Of a stretch of DNA of 64,000 nucleotides, positions 40,028 through 50,513 are shown piece after piece; positions within the stretch are counted from its first letter, which is position 1; the number at the start of each line of letters is the position of its first letter. Made by a program: the position numbers and the translations under genes. The stretch comes from Candidatus Aceula meridiana (GTDB lineage Bacteria; Omnitrophota; Gorgyraeia; Zapsychrales; Aceulaceae). The notes under the pieces are model-generated. The model was not told where the DNA came from, did not search any database, and was given only the letters and a program-made list of their open reading frames with translations. The DNA is taken from positions 74,957-138,956 of the forward strand of contig JAVCDE010000033.1 in assembly GCA_030765185.1 (NCBI GenBank), written 5' to 3'.

Positions 40028-41524
40028 TTATCTTGTGCGTCCGTAGACCCTTGCCGACTCCTTGAAGCATTTAATCAAAGGCTGCCTTATCTTTATGCTG
40101 GAAAGTCGCCACTCCCAATTATCCTTTACAAAAGAAGGATTATTCATCCGGGCTTTCTTTCCTAAGGACAAAAAATCCTGCATAGGAATAACAACAGTAT
40201 TTGCAACAGAGGCCATAGCTGTCTGTATTAACTCCCATGATACCTCTTTGGAGGTCACTTTTCTCCCTAAATATTCAAATAAATTCTTTTTTTCCTCGGT
40301 TGTCGCTTCTTTTTCAAACCACCCTCTTGCCGTATTGTTATCATGAGTTCCTGTATACAAGATACAATTTTGTACATGATTATGTGGAATATACGGATTA
40401 CTGGCCATATCCCCGCCAAATGCAAAAAGAAGAACCTTCATTCTTGGAAAATGATACTTATTCATCACGTTAACGACATCTGGCGTAATAATACCCAAGT
40501 CTTCGGCTATAACTGGAAAATTTCCAATCTTTTTTAATACTGTGTCAAAAAAATCTTCAACAGGGGCGTTAACCCACTTTCCCTTAACAGCTGTTTTTTC
40601 TTTAGAGGGGATCTCCCAGTATGCGACAAGCCCTCGAAAATGGTCAATGCGTACAATGTCATATAAAGAAAATACACGCTTAAAACGCCTAATCCACCAA
40701 TCATATTTCGTTTTTCTTAATTCCTCCCAATGATAAACTGGATTACCCCACAGTTGGCCAGTTTTACTAAAATAATCCGGAGGAACTCCCGCAACAACAT
40801 AGGGGTTTTTTTGTTTATCAAGTTTAAAAATTCTTGGATTTGACCATAAGTCGGCACTATTGTAATCCACATAGATAGGAAGATCACCAATGATGCTTAT
40901 ACCTTTTTTATTACAATACTCTTTAAGTGAAATCCATTGTTTTGATAAAATATGTTGGATAAACTTCTCCGACTCTATCTCCTTTTCTAAGGTCTTGCCC
41001 CAGGTCCGCACGGCCTTCTTTTGCTTATCCTGTATATCTTTAGGCCATTGATTCCAGCGTATTCCCTTAAAATATCTATTGAGTGCTGTAAAAAGAGCAT
41101 AGTCATCAAGCCAATCTTTATTTCTTCTACAAAAATCTTTGTAGTCCGATTTCTTAAATCTATCTTGGCGTGCACAAGCTTTATCGATAAGAGACTTCTT
41201 AAAATTTGTTACCTTCAGATAGTCTACTTTCTCACTAGAAAAACTTGGTATTGATTTTAAATCCTTGGGGTCAATCATTCCTTCTTTTAAAAGAAGATCA
41301 GGGCTGACAAGCAAAGGATTTAGAGCAAACGCCGAAAGCCCATGATAGGGAGAATTATAATAAATTGTATCTGTAGGGCTTAACGGAAGTATCTGCCAAT
41401 ATTTCTGATGTGCTTGGCTTAAGAAATCAACGAATTTATAAGCTGACGCACCAAAGTCCCCTATGCCAAACCGCGATGGAAGCGAAGAAATATGCAACAA
41501 TATGCCACTGCCTCTTTCCTTCAT
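40028..41524 (-). CDS. malQ: 4-alpha-glucanotransferase (GH77)
   Basis: SGILLHISSLP, GVPPDYFS.TGQLWGNP, RIDHFRG, AEDLG, YTGTHDN. Confidence 0.96.
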   Translation of the reverse strand: MKERGSGILLHISSLPSRFGIGDFGASAYKFVDFLSQAHQKYWQILPLSPTDTIYYNSPYHGLSAFALNPLLVSPDLLLKEGMIDPKDLKSIPSFSSEKVDYLKVTNFKKSLIDKACARQDRFKKSDYKDFCRRNKDWLDDYALFTALNRYFKGIRWNQWPKDIQDKQKKAVRTWGKTLEKEIESEKFIQHILSKQWISLKEYCNKKGISIIGDLPIYVDYNSADLWSNPRIFKLDKQKNPYVVAGVPPDYFSKTGQLWGNPVYHWEELRKTKYDWWIRRFKRVFSLYDIVRIDHFRGLVAYWEIPSKEKTAVKGKWVNAPVEDFFDTVLKKIGNFPVIAEDLGIITPDVVNVMNKYHFPRMKVLLFAFGGDMASNPYIPHNHVQNCILYTGTHDNNTARGWFEKEATTEEKKNLFEYLGRKVTSKEVSWELIQTAMASVANTVVIPMQDFLSLGKKARMNNPSFVKDNWEWRLSSIKIRQPLIKCFKESARVYGRTR

Positions 41525-44322
41525 TATCTTTCTCCTTGTTGGAATAGCACTGCGACAGGAAAATGTGAGAGAATATCACCAACACAGATGCTTTTTTCAC
41601 ACTGAACTTTCTGTAAAGTTATCACATTGATAAAATCACCGGTCATCAAGCCTGTTAATTGTACACACGTCTCTTTCCACACTTCTTTTCCTAAAGGTGC
41701 CTCATCTTCTTTGATAACATCCATAAGAAACCGAGGAGCAACAATGACTACCCGGCTATTATTAAATTGTCTTGCATAAGCAATGATGGACTTACTACGC
41801 TCTCCTTCAACGTTCAGAGGCACGAGATCTCCTCTTAGGAATAAATCCTCATGTTTTTTTCTCAGCTTTAATATTTGATGAATAAGGAATAGCTTGATCC
41901 TACCGTCATCCTTTGTTTGAAGCAACTCACCAGCGAGCGCCAAAACATCCTGCGTGCTTTTCTCCTGAATAAATTCTAAATCTTTTATTCTCGCATCGTA
42001 ATCAACAGGCCTTCTATTATCAGGATCGGTTAAATTAAAATCCCACAACTCAGTTCCCTGATAAAAATCTGGAACCCCAGGGGCTGTCATTTTAATTAAT
42101 GTGTTGGACAAACTATTAAAAATGCCATAATGTGAAACTTTTTGTTGAAACTCTTTAAAACTCGTCAAAAATTTATTTTCGCCAGATTGATCAAGTAGTT
42201 TTTCTACAAAAAAAACACACGCATCTTCATATTTAATATCAGGCTTGATCCATGCGGTATGAACCTTGGCCTCGCGCACAGCTTTAACAATATGCTCTTT
42301 AATTCTTTCTTTATAATCCTCCATTTTATCCATCCCAAATGGAAATGACCCAAGCAATGTCTGATAAATAAAATATTCATCGTTTGCATCTGGCATGCTC
42401 TCCCGACCATCTCTTTGCTTCTTTTCATCATTAATGATTGACCATTGCTCAAGATAGGAGCTCCAGACATCAGGCATCTCTGATAAAACATTGATTCTGG
42501 CTCTGACGTCTTCACCTCTTTTAGTGTCATGTGTGGCTGTTGCATTAAAAGAATGCATTGTTCTGTCCGATCGGTCTTTCAAGAATTTAAAAAAATCTCC
42601 CATTTCAATGCCTAGTAAAAAAGGATCACCCCCGACTTCATTAAGCGACAGCAATTGATTAAAGGTATAAAAAACCGTATCTTCAAACCCTTTTGCCATG
42701 ATCGGCGCTGTCAGCTGCTGAAATCTCATAATAAAATTCCAAAACTCATCTTGTTCCTCGCCAACAAGGGTCTCAATTAGCTCCAAAAACAAAAATTTCT
42801 TAATAAATCCGATCTCGTGTTCGAATTCTGGGGCGTGTCGATGAGCTTTTTCAATAGCTTCGTTAATATATTTTTTATCACTTTCCTCAAAATTATTACG
42901 GTTAATGTATGTTCGATAGACTGGAAAAAACGCTACAACCTCAACGAGAGCTCTTTTAAGTCCGTACAGTGTTATATCTCGTCCAAACCTATGATGCCCC
43001 GCAACTTTTTTCATAAGGTGCGCTAAATTATCAATGTCGCCTGCCATGTGCTTTCCAATAATCAGCCTTTTTTTACTTAATACAAGATTTTCATAAGACG
43101 TTGTTAGATTGACAAACTTAGAATAAACTTCTCTTAGCTGACTTTCGTTTTCTTTCATACAAAAAAGCCTATTAACTTTGTTCATAAAATCATATCCTGT
43201 CGTCCCCTGAACAGGAAAAGATGCCGACAATTCCTCCTTTTCGGCAAGAATCTTTTCGACAATAACATAGATATCTTTGACTTCATTTCTTAAGTTCTTT
43301 AAATATGCTGCAGGATCATACAAACCGTCAATATGGTCAACTCGAAGCCCATGAACTTTTTTTTCTTGGACTAAACGCAGAATAAGTTTATGTGTCGAAT
43401 CAAAAACATCCTTTTTCTCAGCCCTTAAAGAAATGAGCTCGTTGATTGTAAAAAATCTCCTATAATTTAATTCTTCAGAAGCGACTTTCCAAAAGGACAG
43501 ACGGTAGCATTGTTTTGAAAGCAGCATATCTAATTCATCTAAGGCATGAACGCTCTCGCCCTCTCCGTTTAAAAAAGCTATATTTCCATCCACAAAAAAC
43601 TTGATGTCAGCGTTCTCGCTGTAAAACTCCCACAACATTCTTTTAGCATGCCTGACTTGGTCATACTGCTGTTTGCCTTGAAATCGAGAGACGCTAGAAA
43701 AAGTATCAACAATGCCCAAAAATTTAACCAATAAAGAATCCCCAATTTTCTTTTCACTTTTAAGAGAATCAAAATTATAAAGCAAAACATCTTTATAAGT
43801 CCCTAGCAAAATAGGAAATTTTAAGTCATAATATTTAGCCGCAAACCCATTTTCATCAAAAACAATCTTAATTTCTTTGTTCTCTAAAACTTCTGAATAA
43901 AATCCTCCTAAAAAGGGCGCGAGAACTCTTTCCTGAAAGCTTTCGAAAGGATGAATCCAGTCAATGTCAAAATAATAAAAAAACGGCGAATTTTCTCTCT
44001 GCTCAAATATATCCATAAGCATCGAATTATCTTTGTCATACGCCATATGATTCGGCACAATATCTTGAAGCCAAAACATTTCATTTCTTCTAAGCTCGTC
44101 GCTCAATTTCCCAAATTCTTCCTCTCCGCCTAACTCTGGATTAATTTGATTTGGGTCAACCACGTCATATCCATGCTGACTTCCTTCTCTGGCTTTAAAT
44201 ATCGGAGAAGCATAGACATCTGAAATGCCCAAAGAACTCAAGTAAGGCAAAATATTTCTTGTTTCTTTGAAGCCAAACGATGGGATTAGCTGAATTCTAT
44301 ATGTTGAGGTTGGAATGTGCAT
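41524..44322 (-). CDS. treY: Malto-oligosyltrehalose synthase
   Basis: PTSTYRIQ, DIVPNHM, NYRRFF, GLRVDHIDGL, VEKIL, ATHDTKRGED, DPDNRRPVDY. ATG 44322 overlaps the upstream stop. Confidence 0.95.
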   Translation of the reverse strand: MHIPTSTYRIQLIPSFGFKETRNILPYLSSLGISDVYASPIFKAREGSQHGYDVVDPNQINPELGGEEEFGKLSDELRRNEMFWLQDIVPNHMAYDKDNSMLMDIFEQRENSPFFYYFDIDWIHPFESFQERVLAPFLGGFYSEVLENKEIKIVFDENGFAAKYYDLKFPILLGTYKDVLLYNFDSLKSEKKIGDSLLVKFLGIVDTFSSVSRFQGKQQYDQVRHAKRMLWEFYSENADIKFFVDGNIAFLNGEGESVHALDELDMLLSKQCYRLSFWKVASEELNYRRFFTINELISLRAEKKDVFDSTHKLILRLVQEKKVHGLRVDHIDGLYDPAAYLKNLRNEVKDIYVIVEKILAEKEELSASFPVQGTTGYDFMNKVNRLFCMKENESQLREVYSKFVNLTTSYENLVLSKKRLIIGKHMAGDIDNLAHLMKKVAGHHRFGRDITLYGLKRALVEVVAFFPVYRTYINRNNFEESDKKYINEAIEKAHRHAPEFEHEIGFIKKFLFLELIETLVGEEQDEFWNFIMRFQQLTAPIMAKGFEDTVFYTFNQLLSLNEVGGDPFLLGIEMGDFFKFLKDRSDRTMHSFNATATHDTKRGEDVRARINVLSEMPDVWSSYLEQWSIINDEKKQRDGRESMPDANDEYFIYQTLLGSFPFGMDKMEDYKERIKEHIVKAVREAKVHTAWIKPDIKYEDACVFFVEKLLDQSGENKFLTSFKEFQQKVSHYGIFNSLSNTLIKMTAPGVPDFYQGTELWDFNLTDPDNRRPVDYDARIKDLEFIQEKSTQDVLALAGELLQTKDDGRIKLFLIHQILKLRKKHEDLFLRGDLVPLNVEGERSKSIIAYARQFNNSRVVIVAPRFLMDVIKEDEAPLGKEVWKETCVQLTGLMTGDFINVITLQKVQCEKSICVGDILSHFPVAVLFQQGER

Positions 44323-46748
44323 TATCCTGTCCAAACTTTAAAACTTTCACCAAGCTGATCGAAAAGCTTAAACCATTCTTGAGCCGGAATGTTTCCGTTG
44401 TCAGATTCCTTTTTCTTCTCTTTGACAACCTTCTTTCCTGCTGAATAATAAATATTTTGAGCTTTCCAGAAATCTATTTTGAGAGAAAGAGGCACAAAAA
44501 TTGTTAATAATTTAACAACTGCTTCTAGCGCGTCAGTATTGTTTGGATTTTGCTCAAAGATGCCCATAAGTTGATTCACCCGACGCCTAACCAAAAAGCC
44601 TAATGTAATGGTATCGATATCAAGTGATAATTCTTTTATCTCAGATACAAAATGTTCTAATTGATCGAAATTCATTGTTTCACTATGAAGCGCTCGAACA
44701 ATGTCTGTATTAATCGTAGCTGCAAGAGTATTCGCTAGTGCTTTAGGCAGCGGCTTATTAAACTGTCGAATAACTTGAATAATAGGATAATAGCGCTCAT
44801 TAATTTGTCTTAAAGAACCGTCGACATCTTTTAAAGTTGACTCAAGGACCTGATCCAACACTTTTGTCTGTTCATCTTTGAATAGATGCCATAAAGAATA
44901 ATGGCTTTTATCAAAATAATTCTCAATTAAGCTAATGGTCCCGGCTATGTCGCTCTTTTTAAAAGTTTCCTTTAACTTATCGCTCGCTTCTTTTAAAAAA
45001 TCATTCTCACCGTTAAATATTTTGACCCCTGCAATAAAATTATGATCACCCAAGTATAATACCGCAAAAACAATCGTCGCCTCTTCTTCAGTGATGTCTG
45101 AAATTATCTTTGTCTTCCCTACGGATAATTTCTGCTTTCCAAGTTCGGTAAAATCATATACTTCATCTTGGACTGTATAGCAATAAAGATGCTTTCGTTC
45201 ATTAGGCTGTTTTGACAATGACGAAATGGCATAATGCACGCCAACTCGAAGCAGGCTTAAAACGCCTGGCTTAACAAAATTCTCGTAAACATATTTTGCG
45301 TCTTTGTATTGCGCAATATTGCTTGGAACCTTTTCTAATAAATTAATAAAAGTATCTTCTAGGCGCATATCTGTTATTTCTTGAATAAGCTGGATAACCC
45401 TAGCCGCATATTGTAAGATTTGCACTGTCTCAATTCCCGAAACTTCGTCAAAAAACCATCCACAGCTTGTATACATAAACATCGCATGTCGCTGAAGTTC
45501 CAGCAGCTGAAAAACCTTTGTTCGCTCTTGAGAAGAAAGATTATGCGTCTGATTCTTCTCAAAGAATAAACTTACATTTTCCTCTGATCTATTTAAAATA
45601 ACATCAATATAATCATTGCGTACTTGCCACGGATCTTTAACATAAGATTTCATTTGTTCTTCAAAGATTTGGACCGCATTGTCTCGAAGCCAATCTAAGG
45701 CCCCTCTTAAAGGAGCTCGCCACTTTTGATTCCACGACCAATGCATACCAGAATTACATCCACAGTTATTTTTCCACCGCTCCACTCCGTGCACGCAGCT
45801 CCATGAGGAGTTTTCGTGGATCTCCACCTCATTCCGAGGAGGATGGCTCTCAAGATATTCTCCATATATTGTTATTTTCGCGAGATTTTTCTCTCGAATA
45901 TAATCTAAGCAATAAGCTAGCGCCATGTCTGCTTTTTGTTGATGATGGCCATACGTTTCCCCATCTGTTGCAATATGAACAAGTTGATCTTCTTCAGAAG
46001 AAGTAAAAACATTTAGCATGCGATCTGCTAAATACTCGCCCTTCATCAAAAGTTTTTCAAATGCGACTCCCTGGGAAATCGGGCCATCATAAAAGAATAA
46101 TGCAATTGTTCGCCCAGATGCAAGAGTACACTGATAGGGATACCTCGGATCAATCTTGCTATCACTGACATTCTTCCATCTTTTATCATTAAGCTTGCGC
46201 ACCCTTTTGGCTTGACGTGGAGCAAGGATTGTAAATTTTATCCCTTGTTCAGCTAAAATATCCAATGTTTCTAAATCCACTCCAGTTTCCGGTAACCACA
46301 TCCCCTCTGGTTTTCTACCAAATCGAAACTCAAAATCCTTTATGCCCCAAAAAATTTGTGTAAATTTATCACGAGAGTTCGACAATGGCATAATCATGTG
46401 GTTATAACATTGCGCTAACGCCGATCCATGTCCTGAAAATATTTTTTGGCTTTCTTTATCCGCTCTAAGAATAGCCTGATATGTTTCATTATCATTTTTT
46501 TCCACCCAAGACAATAACGTCGGTCCAAAATTAAAACTAATATTGGCATAATTGTTAATAATATTTGTTATTTTGCCATAAGGGCCTAGTATTCTTGCAA
46601 GCGCATTTGGCGCATAACATTCTGCGGTTATCCTTTCATTCCAATCATGATACGGATAGGAAGAATCTTGCTGCTCAATAGCTTCAAGCCAAGGGTTCTC
46701 TCTAGGCGGTTGATAAAAATGTCCATGGATACAAATATGTTTATTCAT
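44322..46748 (-). CDS. GH57 family / DUF3536 glycoside hydrolase
   Basis: IHGHFYQPPRENPW, GMWLPET, ATDGETYGHH, SWSC.HGVERW, MYTSCGWFF. Confidence 0.92.
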   Translation of the reverse strand: MNKHICIHGHFYQPPRENPWLEAIEQQDSSYPYHDWNERITAECYAPNALARILGPYGKITNIINNYANISFNFGPTLLSWVEKNDNETYQAILRADKESQKIFSGHGSALAQCYNHMIMPLSNSRDKFTQIFWGIKDFEFRFGRKPEGMWLPETGVDLETLDILAEQGIKFTILAPRQAKRVRKLNDKRWKNVSDSKIDPRYPYQCTLASGRTIALFFYDGPISQGVAFEKLLMKGEYLADRMLNVFTSSEEDQLVHIATDGETYGHHQQKADMALAYCLDYIREKNLAKITIYGEYLESHPPRNEVEIHENSSWSCVHGVERWKNNCGCNSGMHWSWNQKWRAPLRGALDWLRDNAVQIFEEQMKSYVKDPWQVRNDYIDVILNRSEENVSLFFEKNQTHNLSSQERTKVFQLLELQRHAMFMYTSCGWFFDEVSGIETVQILQYAARVIQLIQEITDMRLEDTFINLLEKVPSNIAQYKDAKYVYENFVKPGVLSLLRVGVHYAISSLSKQPNERKHLYCYTVQDEVYDFTELGKQKLSVGKTKIISDITEEEATIVFAVLYLGDHNFIAGVKIFNGENDFLKEASDKLKETFKKSDIAGTISLIENYFDKSHYSLWHLFKDEQTKVLDQVLESTLKDVDGSLRQINERYYPIIQVIRQFNKPLPKALANTLAATINTDIVRALHSETMNFDQLEHFVSEIKELSLDIDTITLGFLVRRRVNQLMGIFEQNPNNTDALEAVVKLLTIFVPLSLKIDFWKAQNIYYSAGKKVVKEKKKESDNGNIPAQEWFKLFDQLGESFKVWTG

Positions 46749-46754
46749 AAAATC

Positions 46755-48581
46755 TCACTTTTTAAATAAAATAAAACTTCTCGGGTTTATATTAATTTCT
46801 GAACTAGAAGAAACTACGTCTGGCGAGAGCGTACCCGGACCATTCCATTTCTTATCCGCAGAATCAATCACCTTGCTCATCGGTTCTCTTATTTGATTAG
46901 CATGCGTCGCATTAATTTCTGACTTACTAAAATTCATATAACAACAAGTATAGCTCTCGCCGCAAGATCTGCTTATCACGACTAATAAATCTTTTTCATT
47001 CCAAGAAACACTTAACCCTTTCCGCGTTAAAGTCCTTAATGAAGACAGGCTTTTTCGAAGCTGAATAATTTTGCGATAAAAATCAAACATATCTTTATGC
47101 CGCTGATCTTCTAATGACGCCCATCTTAGTTTTGATTGCAAGTATGTCCCTCGGTCAAAAGGGTCTGGTGGCTCACCGTGCCAATTAAAAGCAGAAAATT
47201 CTTTCTTTCGACCCTGTTGCACAGCTTTAACTAAGCCAGCATCCAAGTGGCTAATAAAATATAAAAAAGGTGTCTCTGCAGCAAATTCTTCTCCCATAAA
47301 AAGCATAGGAATATAGGGAGAAAACATCATCGCCCCAGCGGCTAATTTCAAAGACTCAGAATCAACCAACTGAGAAAGCCTTTCTCCCATCATTCTGTTT
47401 CCAACTTGATCATGATTCTGAATAAAAACAACAAACTGCTTTGGCTCTAGATGTTGAGACGAACTGCCAAAATTCTTTTTTCGATGCTCTGAATATTCTC
47501 CATCATAAACAAACCCTTGTTCGTATGCTTTTACAACCTGCTTGATGTTTCCAAAATCACAATAATAACCTCTTTTGTCTTCAGCAATAATCGTTCTTAG
47601 CGAATGGTGAAAATCATCTAGCCACTGAGCGTCCATACCATAGCCATCTTCTTCTTTGGGCTCAATAATTCTTTTATCATTAAGATCACTCTCTGCAATA
47701 AGATAATGCTTTCGCCCCTCTCGCTGACTATGTCCTTCAACCTTCTCTGCCAATTCTTTTAAAATATGTTTTTCGCTAAAATCATAGATTCCATGAATAG
47801 CGTCCAAGCGAAGCGCATCAATATGAAAATGCTCAAACCAGTATAAGGCATTCTGAATAAAATAATTCCTTACTCCAGAATTATTATTATCATCAAAATT
47901 AATAGCCAAGCCCCACGGCGTTTTATATTTTCGTGTAAAATAAGGACCGAAGTCTCCCAAATAATTTCCTTCTGGTCCAAGATGATTATAAACAACGTCG
48001 AGAATAACAGCAATGTCGTGCTGGTGACACTGATCAACTAACCGCTTGAGTTTCTCAGGCCCTCCGTAAGTGTTTTGAACGGCAAAGGGATAAACACCGT
48101 CATACCCCCAATTGCGACCTTCTGGAAATTGTGAAACAGGCATAATTTCAATCGCATTAATACCCAATTCTTTCAAATAATCAAGTTTCTGAATAATGCC
48201 ATCAAAAGTTCCTTGCTGCGTAAACGTGCCGACATGCAGTTCATACATAATCATTTCTTCAAGGGGCACCCCTTTCCAATCTTGGTCTTTCCACTGAAAC
48301 GAAGAATGATTAATAATACAAGAAGGCTCATGAACTCCCTCGGCCTGATAAAAAGAAGCAGGATCTGGACGTTCAAGATTGCCATCAACAACATAAAGAT
48401 AGATTGATTCAGGAAGAATATTTGACACCTTTCCGTGCCAATAGCCTTCCTTGTTTTTTTGAAGTTTTACAGTAAGCTTTTGAGGAGAAAGCACCTTGAC
48501 TTCTATGCTATTCTTAGAAGGCGCCCAAACAGTAAACTCACAACTTTTATCTTCTCTGTACCAAGAACCAACTTTTGTCAT
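46755..48581 (-). CDS. treZ: Malto-oligosyltrehalose trehalohydrolase
   Basis: YELHVGTF, RNWGYDGV, DVVYNHLGPEGNY, LRLDAIH, QNHDQVGNR. Confidence 0.95.
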   Translation of the reverse strand: MTKVGSWYREDKSCEFTVWAPSKNSIEVKVLSPQKLTVKLQKNKEGYWHGKVSNILPESIYLYVVDGNLERPDPASFYQAEGVHEPSCIINHSSFQWKDQDWKGVPLEEMIMYELHVGTFTQQGTFDGIIQKLDYLKELGINAIEIMPVSQFPEGRNWGYDGVYPFAVQNTYGGPEKLKRLVDQCHQHDIAVILDVVYNHLGPEGNYLGDFGPYFTRKYKTPWGLAINFDDNNNSGVRNYFIQNALYWFEHFHIDALRLDAIHGIYDFSEKHILKELAEKVEGHSQREGRKHYLIAESDLNDKRIIEPKEEDGYGMDAQWLDDFHHSLRTIIAEDKRGYYCDFGNIKQVVKAYEQGFVYDGEYSEHRKKNFGSSSQHLEPKQFVVFIQNHDQVGNRMMGERLSQLVDSESLKLAAGAMMFSPYIPMLFMGEEFAAETPFLYFISHLDAGLVKAVQQGRKKEFSAFNWHGEPPDPFDRGTYLQSKLRWASLEDQRHKDMFDFYRKIIQLRKSLSSLRTLTRKGLSVSWNEKDLLVVISRSCGESYTCCYMNFSKSEINATHANQIREPMSKVIDSADKKWNGPGTLSPDVVSSSSEININPRSFILFKK

Positions 48582-50513
48582 TTACGCATTCTCTTGTTTA
48601 AAGAATAATACCGCCAAAGGAGGAATTGTTAACGAAAGAGAATAGTATTTTCCCTGAGAAGGCAAAGGCGAAGATTCTAACCCACCCAAATTTCCTTGGC
48701 CGCTTCCCCCGTACTCTTTAGCATCGCTATTTAAGATCTCTTTCCAAAACCCAGATGACGGAACTCCAATCTTATAATTATTGTGAGGAGCAGGCGTAAA
48801 ATTACACACAACCAACACAGAGTTTTTATTCGGAGAGTCTTTTCTTATAAAACTCATCACTCCTCTTTCTGAGTCGCTGCAATCCACCCATTCAAATCCC
48901 TGGCTATCAAAATCATTTTCATAAAGCGCTGGTTCTGTTTTATAAAAATAGTTCAACTCTTTAACCCATCTTTGCAATTGAACATGACATTCATGTTCTA
49001 GCACATACCATTCCAGACCCTTTTCATGATTCCACTCTGAACGCTGTCCAAATTCTTGCCCCATAAAAAGAAGTTTTTTCCCAGGATGTCCGTACATATA
49101 TCCATATAAAACTCTTAAGTTAGCAAACTTTTGCCAATCATCTCCAGGCATTTTATCAATCAACGATCCTTTGCCATGAACAACTTCATCGTGTGAGATA
49201 GACATCATAAAATTTTCTGTAAACGCGTAGCACAAGCTAAACGTTAACTGATTATGATGATATTTTCGATAAACAGGGTCTTTCGAGAAATAATCTAACG
49301 CATCGTGCATCCATCCCATATTCCATTTCATTCCAAACCCAAGTCCTCCCATAAAAATTGGTTTTGAAACCATGGGCCAGGCAGTAGATTCTTCTGCAAT
49401 CATTTGCACGTCTGGATAATTCTTATAAACTTCAAGATTTAATTTCTTCATAAACTCGACAGCTTCAATATTTTCTCTGCCCCCATATTGATTTGGAATC
49501 CACTCTCCTTCTTTACGAGAATAATCAAGGTATAGCATTGATGCCACCGCATCGACACGAATACCGTCGATATGATATTTATCAAACCAAAACATCGCGC
49601 TGCTCATCAAGAAACTTCTAACTTCATTTCTCCCATAATTAAAAATAAAACTCTTCCAATCAGGATGAAATCCTTTTCGTGGGTCAGCATGCTCAAACAA
49701 ATGAGACCCATCAAAATAAGCCAACCCATGTCCGTCTGAAGGAAAATGAGATGGAACCCAATCCATGATAATGCCAAATCCTTTTTGATGAAGGTAATCC
49801 ATTAAATACATCAAATCCTGCGGCGTCCCATATCGGCTCGTTGGTGCAAAATAACCAATAGTTTGATATCCCCAAGATCCAAAAAATGGATGCTCCGTAA
49901 GAGGCATAAATTCCACATGCGTATAATTCATATCATGAAGATATTGGGCTAATTGTTCTGCGGCTTCTTTGTAGTTTAAAAACCTACCATTGTCACCCTG
50001 CTTTTTCCGCCAAGAGCCTAAATGAACTTCATAAACTGAAATAGGGGCTGATAAAGAATTATTTTTATGACGGTTGTCCATCCATCCTTTATCTTTCCAG
50101 GAGTAATCAATATCCCAGACGATAGATGCCGTGCAAGGAGGAATTTCTGAATAAAATGCAAAAGGGTCTCTTTTTTCAGATCGATGATTCCTGTTGTTAG
50201 AAATAATACAGTATTTGTATAAAGATCCGCTCTCAACTCCGGGTACAAATCCTTCCCAGATGCCAGATCCGTCCCAGCGCACAGCTAGCGGATGCGACTT
50301 ATCATTCCATCCGTTAAAATCAGCCATAATGCTGACTTTCTTCGCATTAGGTGCCCAAACCGAAAAATGTACTCCCTTGACACCATCATGTTCAATGATA
50401 TGCGAACCTAACTTTTCGTATAATCGAGAATGGCTTCCCTCTCTAAACAAATAAATATCTTGATCGGTCAACAAGCTTACTCCGTGAATGACATCGCCAA
50501 TAGAATTTCTCAT
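48582..50513 (-). CDS. glgB: 1,4-alpha-glucan branching enzyme (short form)
   Basis: YEVHLGSW, SWGYQ, DWVPSHF, RVDAVASM, AEEST, SHDEVVHGK. Confidence 0.96.
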   Translation of the reverse strand: MRNSIGDVIHGVSLLTDQDIYLFREGSHSRLYEKLGSHIIEHDGVKGVHFSVWAPNAKKVSIMADFNGWNDKSHPLAVRWDGSGIWEGFVPGVESGSLYKYCIISNNRNHRSEKRDPFAFYSEIPPCTASIVWDIDYSWKDKGWMDNRHKNNSLSAPISVYEVHLGSWRKKQGDNGRFLNYKEAAEQLAQYLHDMNYTHVEFMPLTEHPFFGSWGYQTIGYFAPTSRYGTPQDLMYLMDYLHQKGFGIIMDWVPSHFPSDGHGLAYFDGSHLFEHADPRKGFHPDWKSFIFNYGRNEVRSFLMSSAMFWFDKYHIDGIRVDAVASMLYLDYSRKEGEWIPNQYGGRENIEAVEFMKKLNLEVYKNYPDVQMIAEESTAWPMVSKPIFMGGLGFGMKWNMGWMHDALDYFSKDPVYRKYHHNQLTFSLCYAFTENFMMSISHDEVVHGKGSLIDKMPGDDWQKFANLRVLYGYMYGHPGKKLLFMGQEFGQRSEWNHEKGLEWYVLEHECHVQLQRWVKELNYFYKTEPALYENDFDSQGFEWVDCSDSERGVMSFIRKDSPNKNSVLVVCNFTPAPHNNYKIGVPSSGFWKEILNSDAKEYGGSGQGNLGGLESSPLPSQGKYYSLSLTIPPLAVLFFKQENA